A stretch of 64,000 nucleotides of DNA from a bacterium (GTDB taxonomy: Bacteria; Sysuimicrobiota; Sysuimicrobiia; Sysuimicrobiales; Humicultoraceae). Below the pieces are notes generated by a model, which worked only from the letters and a program-made list of their open reading frames with translations, searched no databases and was not told where the DNA came from. The position numbers were made by a program, and so were the translations under genes. Below, piece by piece: positions 35,674-45,276 of the stretch. The stretch covers positions 335 through 64,334 of the forward strand of contig JBGQGY010000003.1 in assembly GCA_041497675.1 (NCBI GenBank). The letters run 5' to 3'. The first letter of the stretch is position 1; each line of letters starts with the position of its first letter.

Positions 35674-35940
35674 CTACTTCTGCGCCGGCGCCGTCGGACG
35701 CGCGGCCCGGGCGCGGGCCACGCCGAGCGGCGTGAGCATCGTGACCGTATCGCTGCCGCGGCCCACCCGTTCAACCAGACCTCGTTCCTGGGCGGCGCGG
35801 CGCGCGGTCACAACGCGATCAATATCGAAGCCGGTGATTTCGGCGACACGCTGATCACTCAGGCCGTGGCGGAACCACGCGCCTTCATCATGCAAAGCGG
35901 CGAGGACGCGGGCAACGTCCGCCGCAAGGTTGCGGTGCAT
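35674..35940 (-). CDS. small HTH/winged-helix DNA-binding protein (hypothetical)
   Basis: MHRNLAADVARVLAAL...QRVAEITGFDIDRVVTARRAAQERGLV. Weak call. Confidence 0.4.
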   Translation of the reverse strand: MHRNLAADVARVLAALHDEGAWFRHGLSDQRVAEITGFDIDRVVTARRAAQERGLVERVGRGSDTVTMLTPLGVARARAARPTAPAQK

Positions 35941-35979
35941 CGTATTCTGCTCCTTCCGGCATGAGAGGCGGGATCTGGC

Positions 35980-36942
35980 ATGGTCCCATCTCCCCATCAG
36001 GCTGATTATGCCCAAACTCGGGGACTTCTAGCCCGGGCGGGATTCTGTCGATGTTCGGCGAACAGATATTCGGTGCCCACCCCACACGCCTCGAGCCATT
36101 TTGCCTCACGCCGCTTCGGTGACGCGACGGTCACCGTGATCTCGGAGGGGTCGTGTCTCTGGGCACCCAAATACCAGGTCCCCGAGCCCGACTGGCGCCG
36201 TTGCCTGCACGACGCCGACGCCGATGGACGCATCCGCATCGGTTTTAACCTCGCGCACATCGCGACCCCGGCTGCGTCGATCATGATCGATCCCGGTTTC
36301 GACGACCCACACACGCCTTGGGCTGCTGCGTTTCGCGCCCGGTGGCCCGGATACGTACCGACACCCGGCACGATGGCCGCGCTCGCCGCGATTGGGGTGC
36401 GGGCGGACGACGTCACGCACGTGTTGATCACCCACACGCACGACGATCACTTTGTGGGAGTCACGTGCGATGACGATGGTCATCATCGGGCCAGGTTCCC
36501 GCAGGCCCGCCACTTCGTCGGGCGCGCGGATTGGGAACAGCAGCCCAGGCGCAGCGACCCACAGTCTGAACTGATGATGCGGCTGGGGACCGTCGAACGA
36601 GCGGGACGGCTGGAATTGGTCGACGGCGACCGAGAGGTCGCGCCGGGCGTGAGCATGCTGTACTCGCCGGGCGAGACGGCCGGGCACAGCGTCGTGCGAG
36701 TCCGATCAGGCGGCGAGAGCTTCTACTACGTCGGAGACCTCTTCCACCATCGCTGCGAGATCGAGCATCCTGGGTGGGTCTCGCCAAACCGCGATCCCGC
36801 GGTCATGCGTACGTCTCGCGACCGGCTGATCACCGAGACCGCCGGCAGCGGGGCCACTGTCGTGTTTGCGCACGAGGCGTTCCCCGCGTGGGGGCGCATC
36901 AGCCTGCGCGGCATCAATGCGCAGTGGGATCTCCTGACCTAA
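35980..36942 (+). CDS. MBL-fold metallo-hydrolase
   Basis: HVLITHTHDDH motif. True start probably downstream of 35980 (GTG/TTG); the N-terminal ~40 aa are not convincing. Confidence 0.65.
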   Translation: MVPSPHQADYAQTRGLLARAGFCRCSANRYSVPTPHASSHFASRRFGDATVTVISEGSCLWAPKYQVPEPDWRRCLHDADADGRIRIGFNLAHIATPAASIMIDPGFDDPHTPWAAAFRARWPGYVPTPGTMAALAAIGVRADDVTHVLITHTHDDHFVGVTCDDDGHHRARFPQARHFVGRADWEQQPRRSDPQSELMMRLGTVERAGRLELVDGDREVAPGVSMLYSPGETAGHSVVRVRSGGESFYYVGDLFHHRCEIEHPGWVSPNRDPAVMRTSRDRLITETAGSGATVVFAHEAFPAWGRISLRGINAQWDLLT

Positions 36943-36952
36943 CACTCCTTCC

Positions 36953-37609
36953 TCACCGCCAGGCGCGGAACCGCGGCAGCGGCCACAGCAGCGAGCGCCC
37001 CAATCGATACACGAGGCTCAAGTACGGGTGCGCGGAAATCCGGGGCTCGTATGTGTAGCGCTCACGGGCGCCAATCCCGCGAATGATGAGCGCGAACCCG
37101 CCGAACAAGCCCTTACGGTGCAGGACGCCCGGCACGAACTCGAGATCACAGAAGACGTCGGCTCCCCGAACGGCAGTCGCAATCCCCCGACGGGTTGCCG
37201 GGTAGAACGCATCGTGGCAGAGGATGACGTCGGCGAGTTGCAACGCGTGCCTCACGTCCGCTGCAACCGAGTCTTCGGCGTGATCGGCATCGACGAGCGC
37301 CAGATCGAAGTGGCGCCGTTCGCGGAGCAACTCCTCCGCCGCCCTCGCCGTCGTCATCTGGCGAAACGTCGTGTGCCCCAGCGTCGCCAGCACGTCCGGC
37401 GCCAGATTCTCTAGATCGACCGTCACCACGGCGTCCGCATAGTGGTCGAACACGGCCGTGGAGCCGCCGAACCCCGTGCCAAATTCGAGAATGGTTCTCG
37501 GTTGCAGCCGTTCCAGCAGCCCAATGAGCGCGCTGCGCTCGCCCGGCGTCATCTGCCAATTGTCGGGCGACAGACACAAAAAAGACTTCACCTCGTCGGT
37601 GATATGCAT
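36953..37609 (-). CDS. class I SAM-dependent methyltransferase
   Basis: ILEFGTGFGGST motif I. Internal ATG (MHITDEV) chosen. Confidence 0.7.
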   Translation of the reverse strand: MHITDEVKSFLCLSPDNWQMTPGERSALIGLLERLQPRTILEFGTGFGGSTAVFDHYADAVVTVDLENLAPDVLATLGHTTFRQMTTARAAEELLRERRHFDLALVDADHAEDSVAADVRHALQLADVILCHDAFYPATRRGIATAVRGADVFCDLEFVPGVLHRKGLFGGFALIIRGIGARERYTYEPRISAHPYLSLVYRLGRSLLWPLPRFRAWR

Positions 37610-37628
37610 CGAACCTCTGCCGCGAGAC

Positions 37629-38408
37629 TCAGCGCGGCCCGGCGAACGCCCGCATCCCCTGCACGTTCGCGCGGCCGGCGGTACCCAGCATCCCGGTGTC
37701 GTTGCCGCAGGTGAAGAACCGCATCCCCTTCTCCCACCACGGCCGCAGGGCCTCAGGCGTCGCCATGACGGTGCCGACGGCGACGTGGTGCGCACGACCG
37801 ATCTCGGTGACGCGCGCCATCGCTCCGATCACTTTGGGATGATCGAACTGCCCAGGGACGCCCAGGTCGATCGAGAGATCCAGGGGACCCACCACCAGCG
37901 CATCAATCCCCTCGACCTGCAGGATGCGGTCCAGCGCGTCGATGGCGCGCTGCGACTCGACCTGGATCGCGACCAGCGTCTGTTCGTTGAGCCAGGGCAG
38001 CGCCTCGCGCCAATCCTCCCGGACAAAGTCGAGCGTCGCGATCGTGCCACACCCGCGCACGCCCTTTGGGGGGAACCGGGCCGCCGCCACCGCGCGTTCG
38101 GCCTGGGCCGCACTCTCGACGCGCGGCACGATGATGCCGTCGGCGCCTGAGTCGAGGGCGTTGGCTATAATGTGATACTCGGTGTCCTGGACCCTCACGA
38201 TGGGCGAGATGTCGCAGGCGCGCGCCATCTGCACCACCGCCATGAGTGTTTCAGGGGACATGAGCGTATGCTCGATGTCAATGAAGAGAAAATCATAACC
38301 GGCGCTGGCCATGACGCGCACCACGCTCGGATTGGCGGCGATCGTCAGCCCCGCGCCCACCACAGTCTTCCCTTGCCGCAACGCCGCCTTGACTCGATTC
38401 TGCCGCAT
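37629..38408 (-). CDS. HpcH/HpaI-family aldolase
   Basis: MRQNRVKAALRQGKTVVGAGL...DFLFIDIEH...VRV. Confidence 0.75.
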   Translation of the reverse strand: MRQNRVKAALRQGKTVVGAGLTIAANPSVVRVMASAGYDFLFIDIEHTLMSPETLMAVVQMARACDISPIVRVQDTEYHIIANALDSGADGIIVPRVESAAQAERAVAAARFPPKGVRGCGTIATLDFVREDWREALPWLNEQTLVAIQVESQRAIDALDRILQVEGIDALVVGPLDLSIDLGVPGQFDHPKVIGAMARVTEIGRAHHVAVGTVMATPEALRPWWEKGMRFFTCGNDTGMLGTAGRANVQGMRAFAGPR

Positions 38409-39429
38409 GGCTCCCTCCCGATAGGAACTCGTCGATTCGCACGCTGGCCCCGCGCTCACCCGACTCAATGGCCGCCAGGACAACGGCCAGCGCCAGCGTG
38501 GCTTCTTCCCCTCCAACCTCTGGCCGATCACCGCGCCTGATGCAGCGGGCAAACTCCGTCATCTCTTCAACGAGCGGATCGATCGCGGGCAGCGGGATCG
38601 TCTCTTCGACGATGCGCGCGCGTGTGTCACGCCGCAGACGCAGACCCAGCGCGCGGTCGTACGTCGCCACACCCGTTGTCCCCATCACTCGAATATCGAT
38701 CGTGCGCGCGGTGGCATAGTGAGACGTGAGATGGCCAATGACCCCGCCCCGGAACTCCAAGAGCGTCACGGTCACGTCGTCGATCGGCGCCGCAATCAGT
38801 CGGTGTCTCTGGAGGCCAAAGACCCGGTCGATCGGTCCCAGCAGATAGCAGAGTGTATCGATGTGGTGAATACCGATCTGAATCAAGGGACCACCCGGGC
38901 ACTGCTCGCGGCTCCACCGCCACGTGTCGGGGGTCACCGAGCGGCCCGTGTCGGTGCTGATGTTGGCCTCGACGCCGACGATCTCGCCGAGTTCCCCCGC
39001 GTCGATGAGGGCCCGCAGTTGTCTTGCGCCGGGCTCGCGCCGGCTCTGATGTCCCACGGCCAGGACGACCTGGGCCTCAGCGCAGGCGCGGGTCGCCGCC
39101 TGGCCGTCGACCACGGTCAGGGCAATGGGTTTTTCGACGAACACGTGCTTGCCGTGGCGCGCGGCCAATTCGATCTCATACCGGTGCACGTCGTTTGGGG
39201 TGGCCAGGACGACGCCCTCGACGGCCGGATCGGCCAAGACGGCCTCATACGACGGCGCGACGCCGCAACCGCGGCGTTCGGCAAACTCCTCACAATGCGC
39301 CTGGGTCGGTGCAAAACAGGTCACGATCTCCGCCGACTGAGATGCCGCAACGGCGTCGGCGAGGCTCGAGCCCCAATACCCGACGCCAATCGATGCCAAC
39401 CGGACCGGCGGATCAAGACGTCCGGACAT
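38293..39429 (-). CDS. Gfo/Idh/MocA-family oxidoreductase with unusual ~45-aa C-terminal extension overlapping the next gene
   Basis: RLASIGVGYWG Rossmann N-terminus, EKP motif. The 3' 116 nt overlap the HpcH gene start. Confidence 0.7.
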   Translation of the reverse strand: MSGRLDPPVRLASIGVGYWGSSLADAVAASQSAEIVTCFAPTQAHCEEFAERRGCGVAPSYEAVLADPAVEGVVLATPNDVHRYEIELAARHGKHVFVEKPIALTVVDGQAATRACAEAQVVLAVGHQSRREPGARQLRALIDAGELGEIVGVEANISTDTGRSVTPDTWRWSREQCPGGPLIQIGIHHIDTLCYLLGPIDRVFGLQRHRLIAAPIDDVTVTLLEFRGGVIGHLTSHYATARTIDIRVMGTTGVATYDRALGLRLRRDTRARIVEETIPLPAIDPLVEEMTEFARCIRRGDRPEVGGEEATLALAVVLAAIESGERGASVRIDEFLSGGSHAAESSQGGVAAREDCGGRGADDRRQSERGARHGQRRL

Positions 39430-40420
39430 GGTGGCCTCCTGCAAGATGGTAGACGCTCTCGACGAGCTCCAGCGCCGCCAGACCGTCGCGCATGGTTGCG
39501 ATCGGCGGGACGCCCTGGCGAAACCGGCGCAGCGAATCCGCGACAAACGTGTGATACGCGACGTCCGCCGGCATCCCGGGCAGCCGTTGCTGCCGCCCGT
39601 CGTCCAGCGTCTGCACGGTGACACCCTCGGCGCGCTGGACCACGTAGGCGTTGCTCGTGATGAGCCGCCACTCCTGATCGCCGCCGCTCATCGCCGCGTA
39701 GCAGTAACCGGACTCTACCGTGCCGACGGCCCCGCCGGCTTCACGCATGACGACCAGCGCGTAGTCTTCGATCGGCAGGTTGTGCGCCAGCGAGCACACT
39801 TGTGCAGCCGTGACCGACACCCGCTCACCCGCGAACCGCCGGAAACCGTCGAGCCCGTGAATCCCCAGGTTGATCAGGCTCCCCCCTCCGGACCGGACCG
39901 GGTCGAGCATCCAGGCGACGCCATCGCGGACATAACGCTGCGGGGAGCCGTTGAGGATGCGGAAGTGCGCGTAACACGCCGTCCCCAGGCGGCCGGCCTG
40001 CGCCAGCGCGTCGATCGCGCCCCACATCGGCGCGTATCGGTTGGTAAAGGCGACGGCCGCGAACCGCCCCTCACGTTCGACTCGCTCGACCAACGGCGCC
40101 ACCGCCGCGACGCGCGTGCCCAGCGGCTTCTCCAGGATCAACGCCGCGGGACTCTCGAGCATGGCCGCGATCAACGCAGGCATCGTGGAGTGCACACCCA
40201 TACCCACGATCACATCAGGTCTGACGCGCCGCAACAGATCGGGAAGCTCGGGGCGCGTCTCGGCTCCAATCGCGGTGGCTGCACGCGCAGCCACCGCCAG
40301 ATCTGGATCCCAGACTGCGATGATCCGCTCCCCGAGGACACGGAGAGACTCGAGGTAGCGAGCGGCGTGCCAATGCCCGACACCTACCACCGCCACGCGC
40401 AGCGGTACCCCGTCACTCAT
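39413..40420 (-). CDS. Gfo/Idh/MocA-family oxidoreductase
   Basis: LRVAVVGVGHWH...LEKP... Confidence 0.75.
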   Translation of the reverse strand: MSDGVPLRVAVVGVGHWHAARYLESLRVLGERIIAVWDPDLAVAARAATAIGAETRPELPDLLRRVRPDVIVGMGVHSTMPALIAAMLESPAALILEKPLGTRVAAVAPLVERVEREGRFAAVAFTNRYAPMWGAIDALAQAGRLGTACYAHFRILNGSPQRYVRDGVAWMLDPVRSGGGSLINLGIHGLDGFRRFAGERVSVTAAQVCSLAHNLPIEDYALVVMREAGGAVGTVESGYCYAAMSGGDQEWRLITSNAYVVQRAEGVTVQTLDDGRQQRLPGMPADVAYHTFVADSLRRFRQGVPPIATMRDGLAALELVESVYHLAGGHHVRTS

Positions 40421-40456
40421 CCCGCCCCGACCCTCATCTCACCGATCCCGTCCCGT

Positions 40457-41530
40457 CTACAGACTGTACGTCGCGGTCCACCCGCGGCATGGCTGCCCGC
40501 GGATGACGTGGAGGGCCCCCGCCGCCGGCTCGACGACCAGCGCGGCCGTGGTCTGGAGGTCACCGGCCAAGGACGCATGCCGGCAGATGCTCCGCGGATA
40601 ATTGGCGTGATCCATCAGACACCGCACAGCGAGTGGCGCGGTCAATCGGCCGCGCTCAGCCTCGAGCATGTCGCGCATCCGCTCCTGACGGCGCAGCGAC
40701 GCGCTGCGCTCCGGCTCAGCATAGGTTTCACCCACGGCGAGCCCCGGGCTATCGATGTGATTCGCGTGGACGAGGATGCCGTCCTTCGCTTCGACGACGC
40801 CAATCCCCGTGTCGGTGCTCTCGACGGCGACAACACGACCCGTGGCGTCGCCGATGGTGAGGTTTCCTGGCGTTGCGATACCGTGCCGATCGATCAACTC
40901 GATCACGTCGGCGATGCTGCCGGCCTCCAGAGTCAGGCGACGGAACAGCGACCAGGGAAGCGTGCCTCGCCCGCGGGCACGCACGTAGAGCGAGTTGCCA
41001 AATGCGGACATCCCCGCGCTCGACAGGCCAAAGACCCCCACCTCCCCCGCATAGGGCATCTGGAGGAGGTCGGGCCGGCCGTGTTGATAGGTGGCCGTGA
41101 CCACGTACAGGTCTTGCGAGGGCGGCGGCGTGTCCTTCGTCTGCCCCAACAGCGGCCGCCCGTCCAGGGTGGCCGCATCATAACATCCAAACGACGTGCA
41201 GGCCTCAGAAGCGGATGGTGCACCGGGGGTCACCAGTTCATCCCGCACGTTCAAAAGCAAGATCTCCTCGAAAGAGCGTTCGGCGCCCCGTGCCAGGCCC
41301 TGCATCTCCTCCACGACGTGCGGTGCCAGATCTTCGTAGGGTGGGAGGTAGGCCCGCACCTCGCCGCGCCACCACTCGGGATTGTGCGGATGGAGCGAGG
41401 CCATGACGGCTTTCTGGTTGGAGAGGTGCAGCGCGATGCGATCGCGCGCCTGCTGCCCAAACGCCTTCCCGATCTCAAACGGCGACCCGCGCAGGGTGAT
41501 CAGCGGCAAGACGTACGGCGTGTGCGGCAT
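40457..41530 (-). CDS. C45-family peptidase / acyl-CoA:6-APA acyltransferase-like Ntn hydrolase
   Basis: CTSF nucleophile context (EACTSFGCY). Length and composition fit. Confidence 0.65.
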   Translation of the reverse strand: MPHTPYVLPLITLRGSPFEIGKAFGQQARDRIALHLSNQKAVMASLHPHNPEWWRGEVRAYLPPYEDLAPHVVEEMQGLARGAERSFEEILLLNVRDELVTPGAPSASEACTSFGCYDAATLDGRPLLGQTKDTPPPSQDLYVVTATYQHGRPDLLQMPYAGEVGVFGLSSAGMSAFGNSLYVRARGRGTLPWSLFRRLTLEAGSIADVIELIDRHGIATPGNLTIGDATGRVVAVESTDTGIGVVEAKDGILVHANHIDSPGLAVGETYAEPERSASLRRQERMRDMLEAERGRLTAPLAVRCLMDHANYPRSICRHASLAGDLQTTAALVVEPAAGALHVIRGQPCRGWTATYSL

Positions 41531-41531
41531 A

Positions 41532-42446
41532 TCAGGTCATCTGCGCGCCGGCCCGCGTTCTGCGCGGGTCGATCGCATCCTGCAGTCCATCGGCGAAGTA
41601 GTTCAGCGCGATCACCACGACCGTGAGGGCGGCGCCGGGAAAGATCCCGTAGGTCGGCGACCGATAGAGGTAGCTCTGCGCCGCCGTCAGCATGTTGCCC
41701 CACGATGCGGTGGGTGGCTGGCTCCCCAGCCCAAGATAGCTGAGCGACGCCTCGACCAGAATCGCGGCCGGCGCCGCAATCGCCATCTGCACGACGACGA
41801 GCGACAGGCAGTTCGGGAGGATGGTCCTGAACATGATCCGCGCGTTGGGCGCGCCGATCGCCCGCGCGGCCTCCACAAAATCCTTGCCCCTCAGCGCAAT
41901 CGTCGACGCCCGGACCAGCCGCGCAAAGGTCGGCAAATTGATGATCGCCACGGCCAGGACGGCGTTCAGGTACCCGGGCCCGATGATCGTCACGATGCCG
42001 ATGGCCAGGAAGATAGCGGGAAAGGCGAGCAGCGTATCCCAGATGCGTGAGATGATCGCGTCGATCCACCCGCCCAGGTATCCCGACACCAGTCCGCCAG
42101 CCACGCCCACGATGCCCGCCAGTCCCACGGCCAGCACGCCGGCCGCCAGCGACACGCGCGCGCCGTGGATCACCCGGCTCAAGATATCGCGCCCCAACTC
42201 GTCGGTCCCCCACCAGAATCGCGCCGAGGGCGGTGCGAGCTGTGCGTCGAGGTGCAGCTCGATCGGATTGTATGGCGTCACCCGCGGACCAACGATCGCC
42301 ACTAGGATGAAGACCAGCAGGCACACGGTCCCGACGGCGCCTTTGCGCTCGCGCATCAACCGCCGCAGGATGGCGGCCGCCGGGCGCCCGACCGCCGCCC
42401 GGCTATCGGGCTTCTTCGAGTTTGACGCGGGGATCGAGGTAGCCAT
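41532..42446 (-). CDS. ABC transporter permease (DppC/OppC-like)
   Basis: Six TM helices; EAA-like motif region ...ARAIGAPNARIMFRTILPN. Confidence 0.8.
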   Translation of the reverse strand: MATSIPASNSKKPDSRAAVGRPAAAILRRLMRERKGAVGTVCLLVFILVAIVGPRVTPYNPIELHLDAQLAPPSARFWWGTDELGRDILSRVIHGARVSLAAGVLAVGLAGIVGVAGGLVSGYLGGWIDAIISRIWDTLLAFPAIFLAIGIVTIIGPGYLNAVLAVAIINLPTFARLVRASTIALRGKDFVEAARAIGAPNARIMFRTILPNCLSLVVVQMAIAAPAAILVEASLSYLGLGSQPPTASWGNMLTAAQSYLYRSPTYGIFPGAALTVVVIALNYFADGLQDAIDPRRTRAGAQMT

Positions 42447-43356
42447 ACGTGAGATCCACGGTGAGATTCACGATCAAGAACAGACACACCACCAGCATCA
42501 GCGTCCCCTGCACGACAGGATAGTCGCGGTTGAGGATCGACAGCACACTCAGGCGACCGATCCCCGCGTAGGCGAACACGGATTCCGTCACGACCGCTCC
42601 GCCCAGCAACCGTCCGAACTGGATCCCCAGGATGGTGACGACCGGGATCATGGCGTTCTTCAGCGCGTGCCGGACAACGACCGCCCGCTGCCCCAAACCC
42701 TTGGCACGCGCCGTGCGGACGTAGTCGGCCGCCAGCGCATCGATCATCGCCGTTCGCACAAAGCGGGCAAACACCGCCAGGTTCGATGCCGCGATGGTCA
42801 CGACGGGCATGACCAGGTAGCGGAGGTTGTACCACGACCCCTGGTCGGGATCACCGACGCCCGAGGGCGGCAGCCAGCGGAAGCGCACACTAAAGGTGAT
42901 AATGAGCAGAATACCCAGCCAGAAACTCGGCACCGCCAGACCCACCGAACTCAGCCCGGTCACGACCGCGTCGAGCCGGCTGTTTTGCCTCACCGCCGCG
43001 ACGATGCCGATCGGGAATCCGATGAGGATCGACAGCACCATCGACGCGAGGGTCAAACGGAGCGTTTGCGGGATCGCCTCCCCGATCATCTGCGTCACCT
43101 GCCGTCTGGCCAACAGGGAGTAGCCCAGGTTCAGATGCACGACATCTGACAGCCAGACCGCATACCGGACGGGCAGCGGCTTGTCCAAACCGAGCCGTGC
43201 GCGCTCGGCGGCCAGTTGCTCCGGCGTGGCCTCGGGCCCCGCGGTAATCTGAGCGGGATCGCCCGGCGCTTTGACGATGATGAAGAAGATCACCATTGAA
43301 GCCAGGAAGAGCGTCGGGATGAGGTGCAGGATCCTCAGGAGGACATGCCGGATCAC
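42403..43356 (-). CDS. ABC transporter permease (DppB/OppB-like)
   Basis: MIRHVLLRILHLIPTLFLASMVIFFII... typical DppB N-terminus. Confidence 0.8.
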   Translation of the reverse strand: MIRHVLLRILHLIPTLFLASMVIFFIIVKAPGDPAQITAGPEATPEQLAAERARLGLDKPLPVRYAVWLSDVVHLNLGYSLLARRQVTQMIGEAIPQTLRLTLASMVLSILIGFPIGIVAAVRQNSRLDAVVTGLSSVGLAVPSFWLGILLIITFSVRFRWLPPSGVGDPDQGSWYNLRYLVMPVVTIAASNLAVFARFVRTAMIDALAADYVRTARAKGLGQRAVVVRHALKNAMIPVVTILGIQFGRLLGGAVVTESVFAYAGIGRLSVLSILNRDYPVVQGTLMLVVCLFLIVNLTVDLTYGYLDPRVKLEEAR

Positions 43357-43452
43357 GTCACGCCTCCCCGGACGCGAACGTCAACGAACACACTGCCGCC
43401 GGTGCGTCGTCATGGTTCGACGGCACCGACGGCAGCGTCGCGTGAGCAAGCC

Positions 43453-45018
43453 CTATGACTGCAGGACGGCATCGACCATGGTGAGATCACCCACCAGGTC
43501 CGTGGTCATGCCCTTCACCTTGGTGCTCCACGCCCAGATCCGCGGGTCGTTGGCCACGTGGATCATCGGGACCTCTTCGACGATGATCTCATTGGCGCGC
43601 TGGTAGATGCTGCGCCGCTTGGCCGTATTGATTTCCGCGGCACCCTCGGCGACGAGCTTCTCGAGCTCGTCGTTGACCCACCCGTGCTTGGCCGTCCTGC
43701 CGCCCCGATGCGTGATCTGCGTGCCGAAGAAGATGGCCGGGTCGCGGGTCGTCCGGCCGACGACCCAGGGAATCATGTCGAGCCCTCTCAAATTCGCGTC
43801 GTTCCCTGACGCCAGGAACTGTGCCTGCTCCACCTCGGCGACGTTCAGCTTAATGCCGATCTTGGCCAAATCCGCCTGCCAGATCAGCGTGAACAGTTTC
43901 ATCTGCGGCCATCGCGGCGTGACAATCGTGTTGAACTCCGCGTTCCGCACACCGGCTTCCTCGAACAGCCTCGCCGCGCGATCCAGGTCGAACGGATAGG
44001 CTCTGGCCAGGTCTTCGCGATACCCGAGGCTGGTTGGACTGAAGAACATGGTGTGGATCGGTTGGGACACGCCAAAGAAGGCCTTTTGGGCCATCTCGGC
44101 GCGGTTCATGGCGTAGGAGAGCGCCTGCCGGACCTGCTTCTTGTCGAGCGGCGGCTTCCTCACGTTGAGCATCACCGGAAACATGCTGCCCGGATGAGGC
44201 GTGCTGACGACGGTGATGTTCTTGTCGGCCCGTAGTTGCTGCACGTCGGCCGGATTGCTCACGAAGATGCCGTGGACGGCCCCGCTTTGCAAATTTGCCA
44301 CCAGCGTCTCGGGCCGGTCCAACCGGCGGAACATGAAGGTGTCGACGGTCGGCCTCCCTTTCACGTAGTAGTCGGGATTCCTGACGAATCGGCCGTATTG
44401 GTTTGGAACCCAGTGGACAAACTTGAACGGCCCACTTCCCACAGGCGGTCTCTTCATGAGCGCCGGGTCGGAGGGATCGTCGATGCGGATGGCCCAGAGG
44501 TAGTCGAGGATCTCGGTGAAATACGGCACCTGACCATTGAACGTGAAGGCCAGCGTGTACTGATCGATGGCCTGGACATCCTTCACCGGCGTCAGCAGGT
44601 CGCGCGTCTTGCGGATACCCAGTTCCCTCTCCAGGAGGCTGGTGTCTTTCGTGTACCCGTACATGTTCACAAAGTCATGCGCGACGATCGGTTTGCCATC
44701 ATGCCACTTGGCGCCCTGACGCAGCTTGATCTTGGCCGACGTACCGTCCTTGGCCGGCTCGTAGGCTTCGGCCAGCTGCAGATGGACTCTCCCCTGGTCG
44801 TCCTTCCAGGTCAGGCGGTCAAAAAGCTGGTTGTGCATGTTGGTATTGACCGCTTCAAAACGCCAGGGATTGAACGCGGAGAAATCACCGGCTTCGGCGT
44901 AGTTCAATGTTCCGCCGCCGGGCGCAGCCGCTGCGCGGACTGCAGGAGGAACGGCGAGCGCTGCCGCTGAGAGCGCCGCGATCTTCATGAATTCACGGCG
45001 TGACACTCTGTGTCTCAT
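43453..45018 (-). CDS. ABC transporter substrate-binding protein, peptide/nickel family 5, Tat signal
   Basis: MRHRVSRREFMKIAALSAAALAVPPAVRAAA twin-arginine signal. SBP_bac_5-like length and composition. Confidence 0.8.
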   Translation of the reverse strand: MRHRVSRREFMKIAALSAAALAVPPAVRAAAAPGGGTLNYAEAGDFSAFNPWRFEAVNTNMHNQLFDRLTWKDDQGRVHLQLAEAYEPAKDGTSAKIKLRQGAKWHDGKPIVAHDFVNMYGYTKDTSLLERELGIRKTRDLLTPVKDVQAIDQYTLAFTFNGQVPYFTEILDYLWAIRIDDPSDPALMKRPPVGSGPFKFVHWVPNQYGRFVRNPDYYVKGRPTVDTFMFRRLDRPETLVANLQSGAVHGIFVSNPADVQQLRADKNITVVSTPHPGSMFPVMLNVRKPPLDKKQVRQALSYAMNRAEMAQKAFFGVSQPIHTMFFSPTSLGYREDLARAYPFDLDRAARLFEEAGVRNAEFNTIVTPRWPQMKLFTLIWQADLAKIGIKLNVAEVEQAQFLASGNDANLRGLDMIPWVVGRTTRDPAIFFGTQITHRGGRTAKHGWVNDELEKLVAEGAAEINTAKRRSIYQRANEIIVEEVPMIHVANDPRIWAWSTKVKGMTTDLVGDLTMVDAVLQS

Positions 45019-45170
45019 CTCATCCTCCTTCTCTGTATTGCAGGCGACGCTGTCGCCTGTTAGCCCAAAGGCTTCTCCGCGTCAACCACCCTACCTGTTG
45101 GTTGCGAGGATCCACCCCAGGGGGGCAGAGGGCCGTGCGCAACGTTACGTTCCATCGGTGGATGAGTGAT

Positions 45171-45246
45171 TGGCGGGCCCGGAGGGAATCGAACCCCCGA
45201 CCAGCCGGTTAGAAGCCGGCGGCTCTATCCGCTGAGCTACGGGCCC
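45171..45246 (-). tRNA. tRNA-Arg (TCT)
   Basis: Hand-folded: GGGCCCG acceptor, GCTCAGCGGATAGAGC D-arm, anticodon stem GCCGG/CCGGC with loop CTTCTAA (anticodon TCT), T-arm GGGGG TTCGATT CCCTC, discriminator G, CCA encoded. Confidence 0.85.
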
Positions 45247-45276
45247 GAATACCCATCAGTATACCGCCGAGCGGTA

